Shown here one piece after another: positions 8,852 through 19,104 of a stretch of 64,000 nt of DNA; the first letter of the stretch is position 1; the number at the start of each line of letters is the position of its first letter. Origin of the DNA: Bacteroidia bacterium (GTDB taxonomy: Bacteria > Bacteroidota > Bacteroidia > SpSt-205); NCBI GenBank assembly GCA_026003235.1, contig BPGW01000004.1:2711-66710 (forward strand), in the 5' to 3' direction. The translations under genes and the position numbers were made by a program. The notes beneath the pieces were generated by a model, which was not told the DNA's origin, did not search any database, and was given only the letters and a program-made list of their open reading frames with translations.

Positions 8852-11062
8852 CAGCGCAGGTACTCCTCCAGGTCCGAAGAAGGAGTCGGCGCATCCTGGG
8901 TAGTTGTCCTTGAGCTGGAGCAGGTAGGCATCTGGAAGCCGGGCGGCGGCAGAATCCGCTTTCGGGGCAGCTTCAGGATCGTGTCGCTATAAGCGGCCTT
9001 CATATACAAGGCCCAGATAGGCATAGCCATCCGTGCGCCTTGCCCGTTTTCAAGCGAGTAAAAATGGACGGCGCGGTCGGCGGTGCCCACCCATACCCCT
9101 GTCACGTAGTGGGGGGTAAAGCCCACGAACCAACCATCGGCGTGGTTTTGGGTGGTGCCGGTCTTACCGCCCATGTCCAGGTCAGCCAGGCCATACCTCC
9201 AGCGAAGCTCCCCCGCCGTGCCCGCGATGGTGACCCACCGCAGCATCTCCACCATGAGGTAGGCGGTTTTTTCGCTGAGGGCTCGGCGGCTTTTGGCGGT
9301 GAAGGTTTCTACGATGTTACCCCGCCTGTCCCGAATCTCTCGTACAAAGAGGGGTTCTCTCCACACCCCTAAGGTGGGGAAGCAGCCATAGGCGCTGGTC
9401 AGCTCCAGCACGCTCAAGTCAGATACGCCTAACCCCAACGCATAGACCGGTTCCAGGTCAGACTGGATGCCCATCCGACGGGCGTATTCAATCACCACTT
9501 CGGGGCCGAGGGTTTTCATCAGGCGGGCGGTGATGATATTGAGCGAAAGAGCCAAGGCTTTTTGCAAGGTCACTTTTTGGCCGATGTCGCGGTCGGCGTT
9601 GCGGGGGCTCCACACCGTGTCGCGGCCGTCCACCTGGATCGGAATTTCTACCGGCACGTTGAGCTCTTCGTAGCAGGGGGAGTACCCGTTGTCCATGGCT
9701 GCGGTGTAGACGAAGGGCTTGAAGGTGGAGCCCACCTGGCGTTTGCCTTGGGCGACGTGGTCGTACTTGAAGTAGGTGTGGTTGATGCCCCCGACCCAGG
9801 CCTTGATTTCGCCGGTGTGGGGGTCTATCGTGACGAGGCCCACTTCCAGAAAGCGGAGGTAGTAGGCCAGCGAATCCCAAGGCGTGAGGATTGTGTCCTT
9901 GTAGCCGGGCGGCACCCAGGTGAAAAGCCGCATGCGTACGGGCTTGTGGAATTGCGCACGGATCTCGGCTTCGGGGAGGCCGGCTTTTTTGGCTGTGTTG
10001 TAGCGTTCGCTGCGCAGCATGGCCCGCACGAGGATGGCGGTGTCTTTTTCCCAGGGAAGGGGGCGGCTGTAGAGTTCTTTCTCAAAAACCCTCTGAAAGG
10101 TTCGCAGGTGGGCTGTGGCGGCGGATTCGGCGTGCATTTGCAGGCGGCTGTCCAGGGTGGTGTAGACTTGGAGGCCGTCTCTGTAGAGGTCGTACCCGCG
10201 GGTGCGAGCCCACTCTGAGAGCCATCCTCGGAGGTATTCCCGGAAGTAAGGCGCCAACCCCTGGCTTTGGCTGGCGGTGTAGGGGGCGGCCCCCGTGCCC
10301 AAAGGGGCTTTTTTAGCTGCTTCGGCCTGGGCCTTAGAGATCATGCCGGCCTCCGCCATAAGGTCTAAAACCAGGTTGCGGCGAGCCAGCGCTCGTTGAG
10401 GGTACTTGTAGGGGCTGTAGTACGTAGGCCCCTTAAGCAGGCCGATGAGCAGGGCCGCTTCAGGAAGGGAGAGTTCCTTGGCGTCCTTGCCGAAGTAGTA
10501 CCGGCTTGCGGCCTGAATACCGTAAGTCACCCCCCCGAAGGGTACTGTGTTGAGGTACATGGCCAGGATCTCCTCTTTGCTGTAGCGGTATTCTAGAAAG
10601 ACGGCTACGACAGCTTCTTTGAGTTTTCGCCAGAGGGAGCGATCCACGCCTACGGCGTCGTATAGGTTACGGGCAAGCTGCTGGGTCAGGGTGCTGCCTC
10701 CCCGCATATGGCCTGTGAGGGTCGAGAACACGGCGCCCGCAATCCCCCTCAAATCTAGTCCTGCGTGACGGTAGAAGCGGCGATCTTCCACCGCGATGAG
10801 GGCTTGCTGGACGACGGCGGGGATTTCGGTGGCGGGGATGCGTACCCGGTCCGTATTCCGGTAAAAAGTGCCCAAAATTTTTCCGTCCGCGGAATACACT
10901 ACGCTCGCCAGTTCAGGCGTGGGATCTTCCAGCGTCTGAAAGGAAGGCATTTCCCACAGCACATACAATAGCAAGAGAAGGGGCAGCCCCCCACCCTATC
11001 CCAAAAATCGTCAGCAAAAGCTCCCATCGGACCTTTGTATAGGCAGGGTCTAACCGCCACAT
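8851..11062 (-). CDS. Class A penicillin-binding protein (PBP1A); frameshift near 10980
   Basis: GT51 motifs EDRRF and GGSTLTQQL; transpeptidase GSTFK, SLN and KTGT; N-terminal TM from ATG 11062 is one base out of frame. Confidence 0.9.
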
Positions 11063-11532
11063 AACCGCCTAATCAGGGCTGTGGTGGAGTAGCCTGGCAC
11101 CAGCGGTAGAATTTCCACACGGCCCCCATAACTGCGAACTACGTCAGCCCCTACGATGGTTTCGGGGGTGTAATCCCCGCCTTTGACCAGCACATCAGGG
11201 CGAATTTTCTCAATGAGGCGGAGGGGGGTATCTTCTTCAAAGATAACGACCGCTTCCACGAACTCCAGGGCAGCCAGCAGGCGCGCCCGCGCTTCTTGAG
11301 AGAACACCGGGCGAGATGGGCCTTTGAGCCGCCGTACCGATTCGTCGCTGTTGAGCCCTACCACCAGCACATCTCCCAGTTTCGCCGCCTCTTCCAAGTA
11401 GGTAATGTGCCCCAGGTGCAATAGGTCAAAGCATCCGTTGGTGAAAACAATCTTCTGCTCCAGGAAGCGCCAGTAGGCTACCCACTGATCCAGGCTCTCC
11501 CAAGGAAGGATCTTCTGGCGTGTTTCGTACAT
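11050..11532 (-). CDS. rfaE2: D-glycero-beta-D-manno-heptose 1-phosphate adenylyltransferase (stand-alone RfaE domain II)
   Basis: [37 protein letters not shown]. Confidence 0.9.
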   Translation of the reverse strand: MYETRQKILPWESLDQWVAYWRFLEQKIVFTNGCFDLLHLGHITYLEEAAKLGDVLVVGLNSDESVRRLKGPSRPVFSQEARARLLAALEFVEAVVIFEEDTPLRLIEKIRPDVLVKGGDYTPETIVGADVVRSYGGRVEILPLVPGYSTTALIRRLCGG

Positions 11533-11629
11533 TGTACCTTTGCAAGGTGCGAAGCTGGGCAAAGGTAGCGATTTGGTGGGTAGGCTGGGTCTGGGCCCAG
11601 GAAGAAGGGGGCGCTTCGTTTCGCCGTCT

Positions 11630-12687
11630 ATGAGGGGGCTGTTGGAGCGGTACTTCAAAATAGAGTCGTGGGCTGCCCCCGCTTCGGGGCGGCCGGATAC
11701 GGTCAAGCACCTGCGAGCCGAGGGGTATGTGCCTTCCCTTCGCAGCTTTCCAAACCTCGAAGCGCTTTACCTGAGCGAGATCGAGGAGCTGAACCTGAGA
11801 GACCTGGTGGGGCAGATCCAGCGGTATTGCCCTCGCCTGACCGTGCTGGCCTTGGAAGACTGCGACATAGAGGACGCTTCTCCTGTGGCTGAACTTCGTC
11901 TGAAAGGCCTTTTGCTGGATGACAACCCCCTGGATAACTTGGACTTTACCGCTCGCTTGCCTCACCTGCGCTACTTGGGGCTGGCCCGACTACCCCTGCG
12001 GGACCTGACCTTCCTCCAGCAGCTGCCAGCGCTGGAGGCGTTGGACCTCAGCCAGACCCCCATAGAAAACCTGGCCCCCCTCGCCAAGCTAACGCAGCTG
12101 CGTATGGTGTCGCTCTTTCGGTGTGTGGGGGTGAAGGATTTTTCGCCTTTGTTTTCGGCTTCTCGGCTTGAGGTGCTCAATATTTCGCACACGCAGCCCC
12201 GAAGCGGCTCAGGTCCTGCTGGCCTCTATTGGGCGTTTTCCCCAGCTGAAGGTGCTCCAGGCCCAAGGGGTAATTCGGAGCAGCGCTTCCCTGGCGGCTA
12301 TCGCAGGCTTAGCGCAGCTTGAAGAGCTGACCCTCGGCCAGAATCCAGCCCTCAACGACCTGAGCTTCGTACGGCTTCTGAAGCGGCTTCTTTATTTGGA
12401 TGTGCATGCTTGCCAGATTCGGGACGTCAGCCCTTTGGCCGGCCTGCCCAACCTCGTGAAGCTCTCGGCGGGGGAAAAACCAAATCGCCTCTATCGCCCC
12501 GCTCGTTGCTTGCCCGCGGCTTGCGTACCTGTACTTGTACGAAAATCCCATTCAGGACTGGGAAAAGCTGTTAGAGATGCCGGCCCTTACCTACGTCATG
12601 CTAAGTCGGCGGGACCTGCCTCCGGAAAGGCTTAGCCAGCTTCGGCAGCAGCTTCGCAGAAAAGGGGTTACCGTAGAGGCGCCGTGA
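11630..12687 (+). CDS. Leucine-rich repeat (internalin-like) protein; two frameshifts
   Basis: LxxLxLxxNxL/IxDLxxL repeats across ORFs 11540.., 12168.. and a third frame ending at TGA 12687. Confidence 0.75.
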
Positions 12688-13725
12688 GCGAGGAGCTTCT
12701 GCCCCAGGAGGAAATGGAGCTTTACGAGCACCACACTATGGTGGTGGATGCGGGGCAGGCCCCCATGCGGTTAGACCGGTATCTGGCTCAACGACTTACA
12801 CACCTCAGCCGTTCTCGCCTCCAGCTGGCTATTGAAGCCGGGCTCATCACAGTCAACGGCCAGGCTGTGCGTCCTAGTACCCCCGTGCGTCCCCATCAGG
12901 TGATCCAGGTGCGCCTTCCCTATCCGCCTCCCGTAGATATCGTGCCCGAACCCATCCCTCTCACGATTGTCTACGAAGACCCTTACCTTTTGGTGGTCCA
13001 CAAGCCGGCTGGGATGAGTTGCCATCCGGGGGCGGGAGTCTATTCGGGCACGCTGCTCAATGCGTTGGTGCATCATCTCAAGCAGCAGCCTTTGCCGGCT
13101 ACGGAGCAAAACGCTGCTCGGCCAGGCCTCGTGCACCGCATAGACAAGGATACCACAGGCTTGCTTGTCGTGGCGAAGGAAGAGCGAGCGTACTTTGGCT
13201 TGGCGCAGCAGTTTTTTGCTCATTCAGTTCGGCGGCGGTATTGGGCGCTGGTGTGGGGTTCTCCTGCCCAGGACAAGGGGACGGTCACGGCTTGGATTGG
13301 CCGAGATCCCCACCAGCGTAAAAAATACCGCGCTTATCCGGAGGGCACGCAGGGCAAGCACGCTGTGACGCACTGGCGAGTCCTGGAGCGTTTTGGTTTG
13401 GCGACCTGGGTGGAGTGTCAGCTTGAGACGGGGCGCACGCACCAGATTCGGGGTGCACATGGCGCATTTGGGACATCCTCTGGTAGGGGACAAAACCTAT
13501 GGAGGGGATCGGCCGCGCATCCCCTTACGCAGTGCGCTAATTGGGCAGTGGGCTCATGAGCTTTTGGTGCGCATGCCTCGGCAGGCGCTTCATGCGTACC
13601 TCTTGGGCTTTACCCATCCCATTACCGGCCAATGGCTGGAGTTTGAAGCGCCGCTTCCCGCGGATTTTGCGCAGGCGCTGGCCTTCCTGCGTAGCCTAAC
13701 CCCCACCTCAGCCCGGCCGCAGTAA
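12684..13725 (+). CDS. RluA/RluD-family 23S rRNA pseudouridine synthase; frameshift near 13450
   Basis: S4 domain RLDRYL; HRIDKDTTG; LETGRTHQIR followed by VHMAHLGHP..GDKTYG and RQALHA in the next frame. Confidence 0.92.
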
Positions 13726-13736
13726 CTTCGCCGTGC

Positions 13737-14949
13737 ATGACGCGCAAAGCTTGGCTCGCTGTGCTGGTGGCGGCGTTGGGGGTACTTCGTAGATATTTAC
13801 GACCTGATTCTCTTTGCGGTGCTCCGCGAGCCCAGTCTGAAGGACCTGGGGTATTCCTCCGCTGAGCGGCTTCGCTACGGGGTGCTGCTTCTGGACCTGC
13901 AGATGATTGGCATGCTCATCGGGGGCTTGCTGTGGGGGATCTTGGCCGACAAGCGAGGGCGCCTGTCCGTGCTCTTTGCTTCCATCTTCACGTACTCTGT
14001 GGCCAACTTTGCCAATGGGTTCGTCAACACCATAGAGGGGTATGCGGTCTGGCGGGTGATTGCGGGGATTGGGTTGGCTGGCGAGCTGGGTGCGGGCATC
14101 ACCCTCGTGTCGGAATTGATGCCGCCTCATCTGCGGGGGTGGGGCACGACGCTGATTGCTACGGTAGGGGTGCTTGGAGCGGTCGCCGCCAGCTTGGTAG
14201 GGGACGCTTTCCCCTGGCGAACCGCCTACTTTATCGGGGGAGGCATGGGGCTTCTGCTTCTCTTCCTCCGGGTGGGCGTAGGCGAGTCTCTCCTCTTTTC
14301 TCAGCTGCGGGCCCAAGGTCATGTGCCGCTGGGGAATTTTTTCCAGCTTTTCCGCCGGCGAGAACGGTTTCTGCGCTACCTCTATGCCATCGTGGCAGGC
14401 GTGCCCATCTGGTATGTGATTGGGATTTTGGTGGCTTTTTCGCCGGACCTTTTTCGGGAAGCGCGGCTTGAGGGGGTTCGGGCCAGCCAGGCGGTGCTCT
14501 ACGCCTATGCCGGGCTTTCTATCGGGGATTTTGCCACAGGTGCGCTAAGCCAGCTGCTTCGTAGCCGAAAAAAACCCGTCCTGCTATCGCTTTTTGCTTC
14601 TCTCTTGCTGGCTACCCTGTACAATCTGCTCCCTCTCTCACGACCGCTCCAGGTGTATGGGTTTTGCTTTTTGTTGGGTGCTTTTTCAGGCTACTGGGCG
14701 GTCCTGCTGACGGGAGCGGCCGAACAGTTCGGCACTAACCTCCGCGCTACGGTGGCCACCAGCGTGCCAAACTGGATTCGGGGTTCCCTCGTCCTGTCTA
14801 CCCTGCTGTGGCAGGGTTTTCAAGCTTTCTTGCCTCTGCGAGCCAGTGCGTTGGCTGCAGGCCTGCTCTTGTATGCCATAGCCATTGGGGCAGCGCTCAA
14901 GCTGCGGGAAACCTTCGGGGCTTCGCTGGACTTTGTGGAGGAGGATTAG
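13737..14949 (+). CDS. MFS transporter; frameshift near 13780
   Basis: MTRKAWLAVLVAALG / YFVDIYDL; G.LADKRGR MFS motif; AEQFGTNLRAT. Confidence 0.85.
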
Positions 14950-15251
14950 AGGGTAACTTGGCCGGTATAATCGTTGCCTTTGTAAGTGATGCGGTAGCGG
15001 TAATTGCCAGGGGGGAGCTTTTTGGCCTCAGGTAGGCGTCTTTCTCTTTTGCCTTGGGGGCTTGGCCACTGGAAAAAATACACCACCGAATCTTGACGCC
15101 CCAGGAGGCGCAGCTCCACCATCCCGTCAAAAGGTATCTCGTACTGGATGCGAAGGGCGTCTTCTCCTTCGCGGGTGAGGGCCTCAAGCTTGAAGGTGTT
15201 AGGCTTCTTGAGGGCCTGAGCCCACAAGACACCACCCAAGAGAAGAGCCAC
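14946..15251 (-). CDS. Small secreted hypothetical protein (Ig-like)
   Basis: GTG start overlapping the upstream TAG; MALLLGGVLWAQ signal; LPPGNYRYRI. Confidence 0.55.
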   Translation of the reverse strand: MALLLGGVLWAQALKKPNTFKLEALTREGEDALRIQYEIPFDGMVELRLLGRQDSVVYFFQWPSPQGKRERRLPEAKKLPPGNYRYRITYKGNDYTGQVTL

Positions 15252-15802
15252 TACTTGAGCTTGGACAACAGCAGATAATCGCAATCGGTCCATATAGCGG
15301 CGATTTTCTGGTTCAGGGCTACAAGTCGGTCCAGATAGGCGCGATAAGCGGCGAGGGTCTCTCGTACCGAAGGGGTTAGACGATTCACCACTTTCAGTTC
15401 GCCGTAGCGGGTGTATACGGCCATGAGGGCGTATTGGTGGGGTAACCATTCGTAGTAGAGGTCTTTGAGCCGGGCGTAGGCGGCTTCGCTGCCAGCCCGG
15501 ATGCGGCTTGTGACCGTGCGGAAAGAGTCTACATAAAAGGGGAGCCTTTTGGGGTAGCGGGCCACTTCCATCATTTGGTTGAGGGTGTCCCGCCAGTTGT
15601 GCAGGCGGGCTTCAAGGGTATCTAAGTCCGGTTGGTGGTAAGCTATCAGTCGGAGTAGGGTTTGCTGGTGCCCTTCAAAGGGGGTGATCGCGCTATCTAT
15701 GGGGGGTACGCTGTCGCGAGGAGGGGACTTAGGGCGAGCAGGCTGGGCTTGTCCTTCAAGCCAGACCAGGCCCCCCAAAAGATACAGGAGGCATGCCCGC
15801 AT
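15251..15802 (-). CDS. Secreted hypothetical helical protein
   Basis: 183-aa ORF with N-terminal signal peptide, coupled to its neighbours. Confidence 0.65.
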   Translation of the reverse strand: MRACLLYLLGGLVWLEGQAQPARPKSPPRDSVPPIDSAITPFEGHQQTLLRLIAYHQPDLDTLEARLHNWRDTLNQMMEVARYPKRLPFYVDSFRTVTSRIRAGSEAAYARLKDLYYEWLPHQYALMAVYTRYGELKVVNRLTPSVRETLAAYRAYLDRLVALNQKIAAIWTDCDYLLLSKLK

Positions 15803-16079
15803 GGTCTTCCGCGGAGATTTCCCCGAACCGGCTCTCGTATTTGGTTAGGTTGTCCTGCATAGCCAAAAGGAGCCGCTTGTAGTGGTAAGGCGAGAGAATG
15901 ACCCGGCTGCGCACTTTGGCCTTGGGTAGCCCAGGAAGCACTTGCAGAAAGTCAATCACAAACTCGGCCGGGGTATGGGAGATTATCGCTAAGTTTGAGT
16001 AGATGCCTGTGGCGACGTCGTCGGTGAGTTCCACATTCAGGACATTCGGGTCTGGGGCGGGATCGGGTTGCTGTGCCAT
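15756..16079 (-). CDS. DUF3467-family protein
   Basis: LNVEL..VA.GIYSNLAIISH...EFVIDF..LPG.PKAKVRSRVILSP.H.KRL. Confidence 0.85.
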   Translation of the reverse strand: MAQQPDPAPDPNVLNVELTDDVATGIYSNLAIISHTPAEFVIDFLQVLPGLPKAKVRSRVILSPYHYKRLLLAMQDNLTKYESRFGEISAEDHAGMPPVSFGGPGLA

Positions 16080-16102
16080 GGTCAGACAAAGGTAAGCCTT
16101 CC

Positions 16103-19036
16103 ATGCGAAAGACGCTCGGGGTCCTGGGGCTGGTGGGTGGGGTGATGGGGATTTGGCTGGCGCGGGATGAGCTCTTGCGATGGGGGGTTCAGTCTGTGCT
16201 CTCGTACAGTGTGGGTGCTCCGGTGCAGGTGGCCCGGGTTAAGGCGCTGGCTTGGCAAGGAGGCTTGCAATGGCGTCTTGAAGTGGAGGAAGTGCGCCTT
16301 TCCAGCACGCTTCCGGCGGATACTTTTCCCACCGCTAAGCTGGAAGAGGTGAAGCTGGTAGGGGAAGGACGCCGTCTGAAGGAGGTCTCGCTGCGAGGAG
16401 GATGGGTCGCTCTCATTCGCCTGGGAAAGGGTCTGAAAAACTTTCGGTACTTCCCCCGGCGGGGCCGCCCTTCGCCCCAACGCTTCACCGTCAAGGCAGA
16501 AGGGGTGCGGTTCTCGCTCCTGAATGGCCCGGCCGACCTGGCGCTTTCTTTGCGAGTAGACTCGCTTGAGGGCAAGCTGGACATAGACAGTGTAGCGTTT
16601 CGGCTGGAGGCGCTCCGGGCTCGGCTGTTTGCCCAAGAGGTGTGTTGGCGCCAGGTGCGGTCTCCGCTTCCGGCGCCTCTTGAGCTTCGAGCGCAGGGCT
16701 GCCTGTACAAGCCTACCCAGGACTGGGAGGGGCTTACCCTCCTCATCCAAGCGCCCGAGGAATGGGTCCGCTTCAGCGGGTGCGTGGAAAGCTGGACCTA
16801 TCTGTGGGGGTCCTTTGCCGGCCAAGTCAAGATAAGCCGCTTTCCTCGGCTCTCTGCTGAGCTGGCTGGTTGGGGGCTTCAGGCTGTGCAGGTGGTGGGC
16901 TGGGCAGGAGGAAAGGCCTATGGGGCCTGTCTCGGGGGCAGCTGGGAACGAGGACCCTATCGGGTGTGTATGACCGGCGAAGGGTCTGCGCTTCGCAGGC
17001 TCTACGGCAGGGTGGGATGGGAAGGCCTGGGCTGGGCGGGCTTTGACGGAGGGCTGGAGGAGATGGCGGTCTGGGGTGGGCTCCATGGTGGGGGCCTTGT
17101 TGCTGGGGCCAAAGGGCGGATCTCTCTGCGGCGGCGCCTGGGCCAGCTGAAGGTCCATACCGCTTGGGGAGATACGATATGGGTGGAAGGCTCGCTGGAT
17201 ACGCTGAGTGGGCGATGGCGCCTGGGGGGCCAGCGGCTCCAAGGAACCTGGACGAAGAGACAAGGCCTTGTGCTCTTGGCTGATACGCTTTCGCTGGCTG
17301 AGCTCCTCCAAGCTTGGACGCCTTACAGGCGCTTGCTCCGGCCAGGGAGCAAGGAAGCGGTGCCCGTAGAGCTGCGGGCCCGGGCTTTTCGGTGGGATAC
17401 GCTGGCGGTGGGGGAAAACTTGGCGGTTCGGTGGCGGCCGGGTTCCTCCCTCGAAGCGCAAGCGCGGGTGCGCCTACCTTTCTGGCCAGAGACGCTGGCA
17501 GCTCGGGCTTGGCAAGAGCCCCCTTCCGGTAGGTGGGCCTTGTCCCTGCAAGGCAGTACCGGCTACTTGTATGCGGAAGGCGAAGGGGATACAGCCCAGG
17601 TTTCGGCCACCGGCTGGTGGTACATCTATCCCTGGCAGGTGGTTGGCACTGTGCGCCTAAGCGAGCGGGCTTTACGGCTTCGGCGGGGGTGGGTCGGGGG
17701 CCCCTCCACCGAAATGGAGGTCAATGGGATTCTATCCCCTGCCGGAGCCAACGCCGAAGTAGAGGCCACCCTTCCTATAGCTGAGGCGCTGGTTTTTTTC
17801 CCTCTGGAGGGGGTACAGGTGTCGGGTGGGCGGCTGAACCTGCGATTTTGTGCGCAGGGAGCCTGGGACACCCTTCTGCGGTGGGACAATCCTCTGGAAG
17901 GCACCGCTACGCTGGAAGGGGTCCAGGCGTATTTCCCTCGGCTGAGGCTGCCTCTCTCCGATTTTAGGCTGAAGGTGGCTTTTTCGCCGGAGGAGACCCG
18001 ACTGCTCCAGCTCTCAGGCCGGGTGGGGGCTGCTCGTGTGCAAGCGCAGGGGCAGGTTCGGGGCACCCTGAGTTATCTCTACACCGACTGGTATCGCTTG
18101 CAAGGGCGCCTGCAGGTGGAGGCGGAGAGCGTGCGGCTGGCTGATTTCTGGCGGCGGGCAGAAGGCGACACGATTAGACGACAGGTGCGTTTGCCCACTC
18201 AGATGGACCTTGCCGTGGAAGCTCGCCTCCGTTCGGTGGAAGTGTATGGGCTGCCCTTTGAGGTGGTAACAGCCCGCGCTCGCCTCACACAAGGCCTGCT
18301 TGAGATAGATACGCTGGGCCTGATGTATGGGCTAGGTCACCTTGCGGGATGGGGAGTACTGGATATAGCCGACTCTACCTGCTACACCTTTTCGGGGCGG
18401 GCCAAGGCCGAGCGTATAGACCTGGCTTCGGTCCTTCGGCGATTTGAGCTGGATACAATACCGACTTTTCAGCGGCTCGGACTGAAAGGTTTTTTCTCAG
18501 GTTCTCTACAGGCTAGCCTGCGCTTCAGCCCCTCTGTGAACTGGAAGGAAAATTCCATCTTTTACGCTCAGGGGCAGGTGTCGCAAGGGCAGTTTTATAC
18601 CCCTCGTTGGCTGCGGTGGTTGCGTCCTTATTACTTAGCTGCTTACCGGGATAGCATGGACTTCTGGGCAGAAGTGCCTTCCTTCCAGATTACGGACGGG
18701 TTTCTGAAGCTTGAGGAGGGGCTTCTTTTGACGCGGGCAGGGGCCCTTCGCCTTATGGGGTACCATTACCTGCCTCAGGACCGGTTTCTGTACCAGATCC
18801 GGGGAGCAAGGCTCTATCGCCGCCTCCAGCGCCATGCAGAACTGCCAAGGTTGGCCTATTACATGGCGGATCGGCTGGACCAAAGCCTTTTTCTGGTGTA
18901 TGTGGAAAAGCTCGGTCCCCGCGTACGGGTCCGGTATCCGGTGCGCTATCTCTTGCGACGGCTGATTGTGCCTTCACTTGCGGAGCCCGTCCCTTCGGCC
19001 TCCGCTTACCGTTCAGGCTTTTTTCGCAACCGCTGA
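16103..19036 (+). CDS. AsmA-like membrane-anchored beta-rich protein
   Basis: N-terminal TM; long beta-strand-rich body; C-terminal half resembles AsmA-like C-terminal regions (inferred from pattern). Confidence 0.55.
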   Translation: MRKTLGVLGLVGGVMGIWLARDELLRWGVQSVLSYSVGAPVQVARVKALAWQGGLQWRLEVEEVRLSSTLPADTFPTAKLEEVKLVGEGRRLKEVSLRGGWVALIRLGKGLKNFRYFPRRGRPSPQRFTVKAEGVRFSLLNGPADLALSLRVDSLEGKLDIDSVAFRLEALRARLFAQEVCWRQVRSPLPAPLELRAQGCLYKPTQDWEGLTLLIQAPEEWVRFSGCVESWTYLWGSFAGQVKISRFPRLSAELAGWGLQAVQVVGWAGGKAYGACLGGSWERGPYRVCMTGEGSALRRLYGRVGWEGLGWAGFDGGLEEMAVWGGLHGGGLVAGAKGRISLRRRLGQLKVHTAWGDTIWVEGSLDTLSGRWRLGGQRLQGTWTKRQGLVLLADTLSLAELLQAWTPYRRLLRPGSKEAVPVELRARAFRWDTLAVGENLAVRWRPGSSLEAQARVRLPFWPETLAARAWQEPPSGRWALSLQGSTGYLYAEGEGDTAQVSATGWWYIYPWQVVGTVRLSERALRLRRGWVGGPSTEMEVNGILSPAGANAEVEATLPIAEALVFFPLEGVQVSGGRLNLRFCAQGAWDTLLRWDNPLEGTATLEGVQAYFPRLRLPLSDFRLKVAFSPEETRLLQLSGRVGAARVQAQGQVRGTLSYLYTDWYRLQGRLQVEAESVRLADFWRRAEGDTIRRQVRLPTQMDLAVEARLRSVEVYGLPFEVVTARARLTQGLLEIDTLGLMYGLGHLAGWGVLDIADSTCYTFSGRAKAERIDLASVLRRFELDTIPTFQRLGLKGFFSGSLQASLRFSPSVNWKENSIFYAQGQVSQGQFYTPRWLRWLRPYYLAAYRDSMDFWAEVPSFQITDGFLKLEEGLLLTRAGALRLMGYHYLPQDRFLYQIRGARLYRRLQRHAELPRLAYYMADRLDQSLFLVYVEKLGPRVRVRYPVRYLLRRLIVPSLAEPVPSASAYRSGFFRNR

Positions 19037-19104
19037 GGAAGGGAAAACGGCAGCTCAGGAAAAGCCTCTTGGCGTTTTGCCCATGCCCTTCCTACATTTG
19101 TGCT

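Noticed and set aside
16082..17461. Long antisense ORFs (also 1575..2579, 19321..20583, 20908..22128, 33242..34438, 53613..54764, 62035..63015)
   Set aside because: Shadow frames of well-supported genes in GC-rich DNA, with no recognisable motifs.
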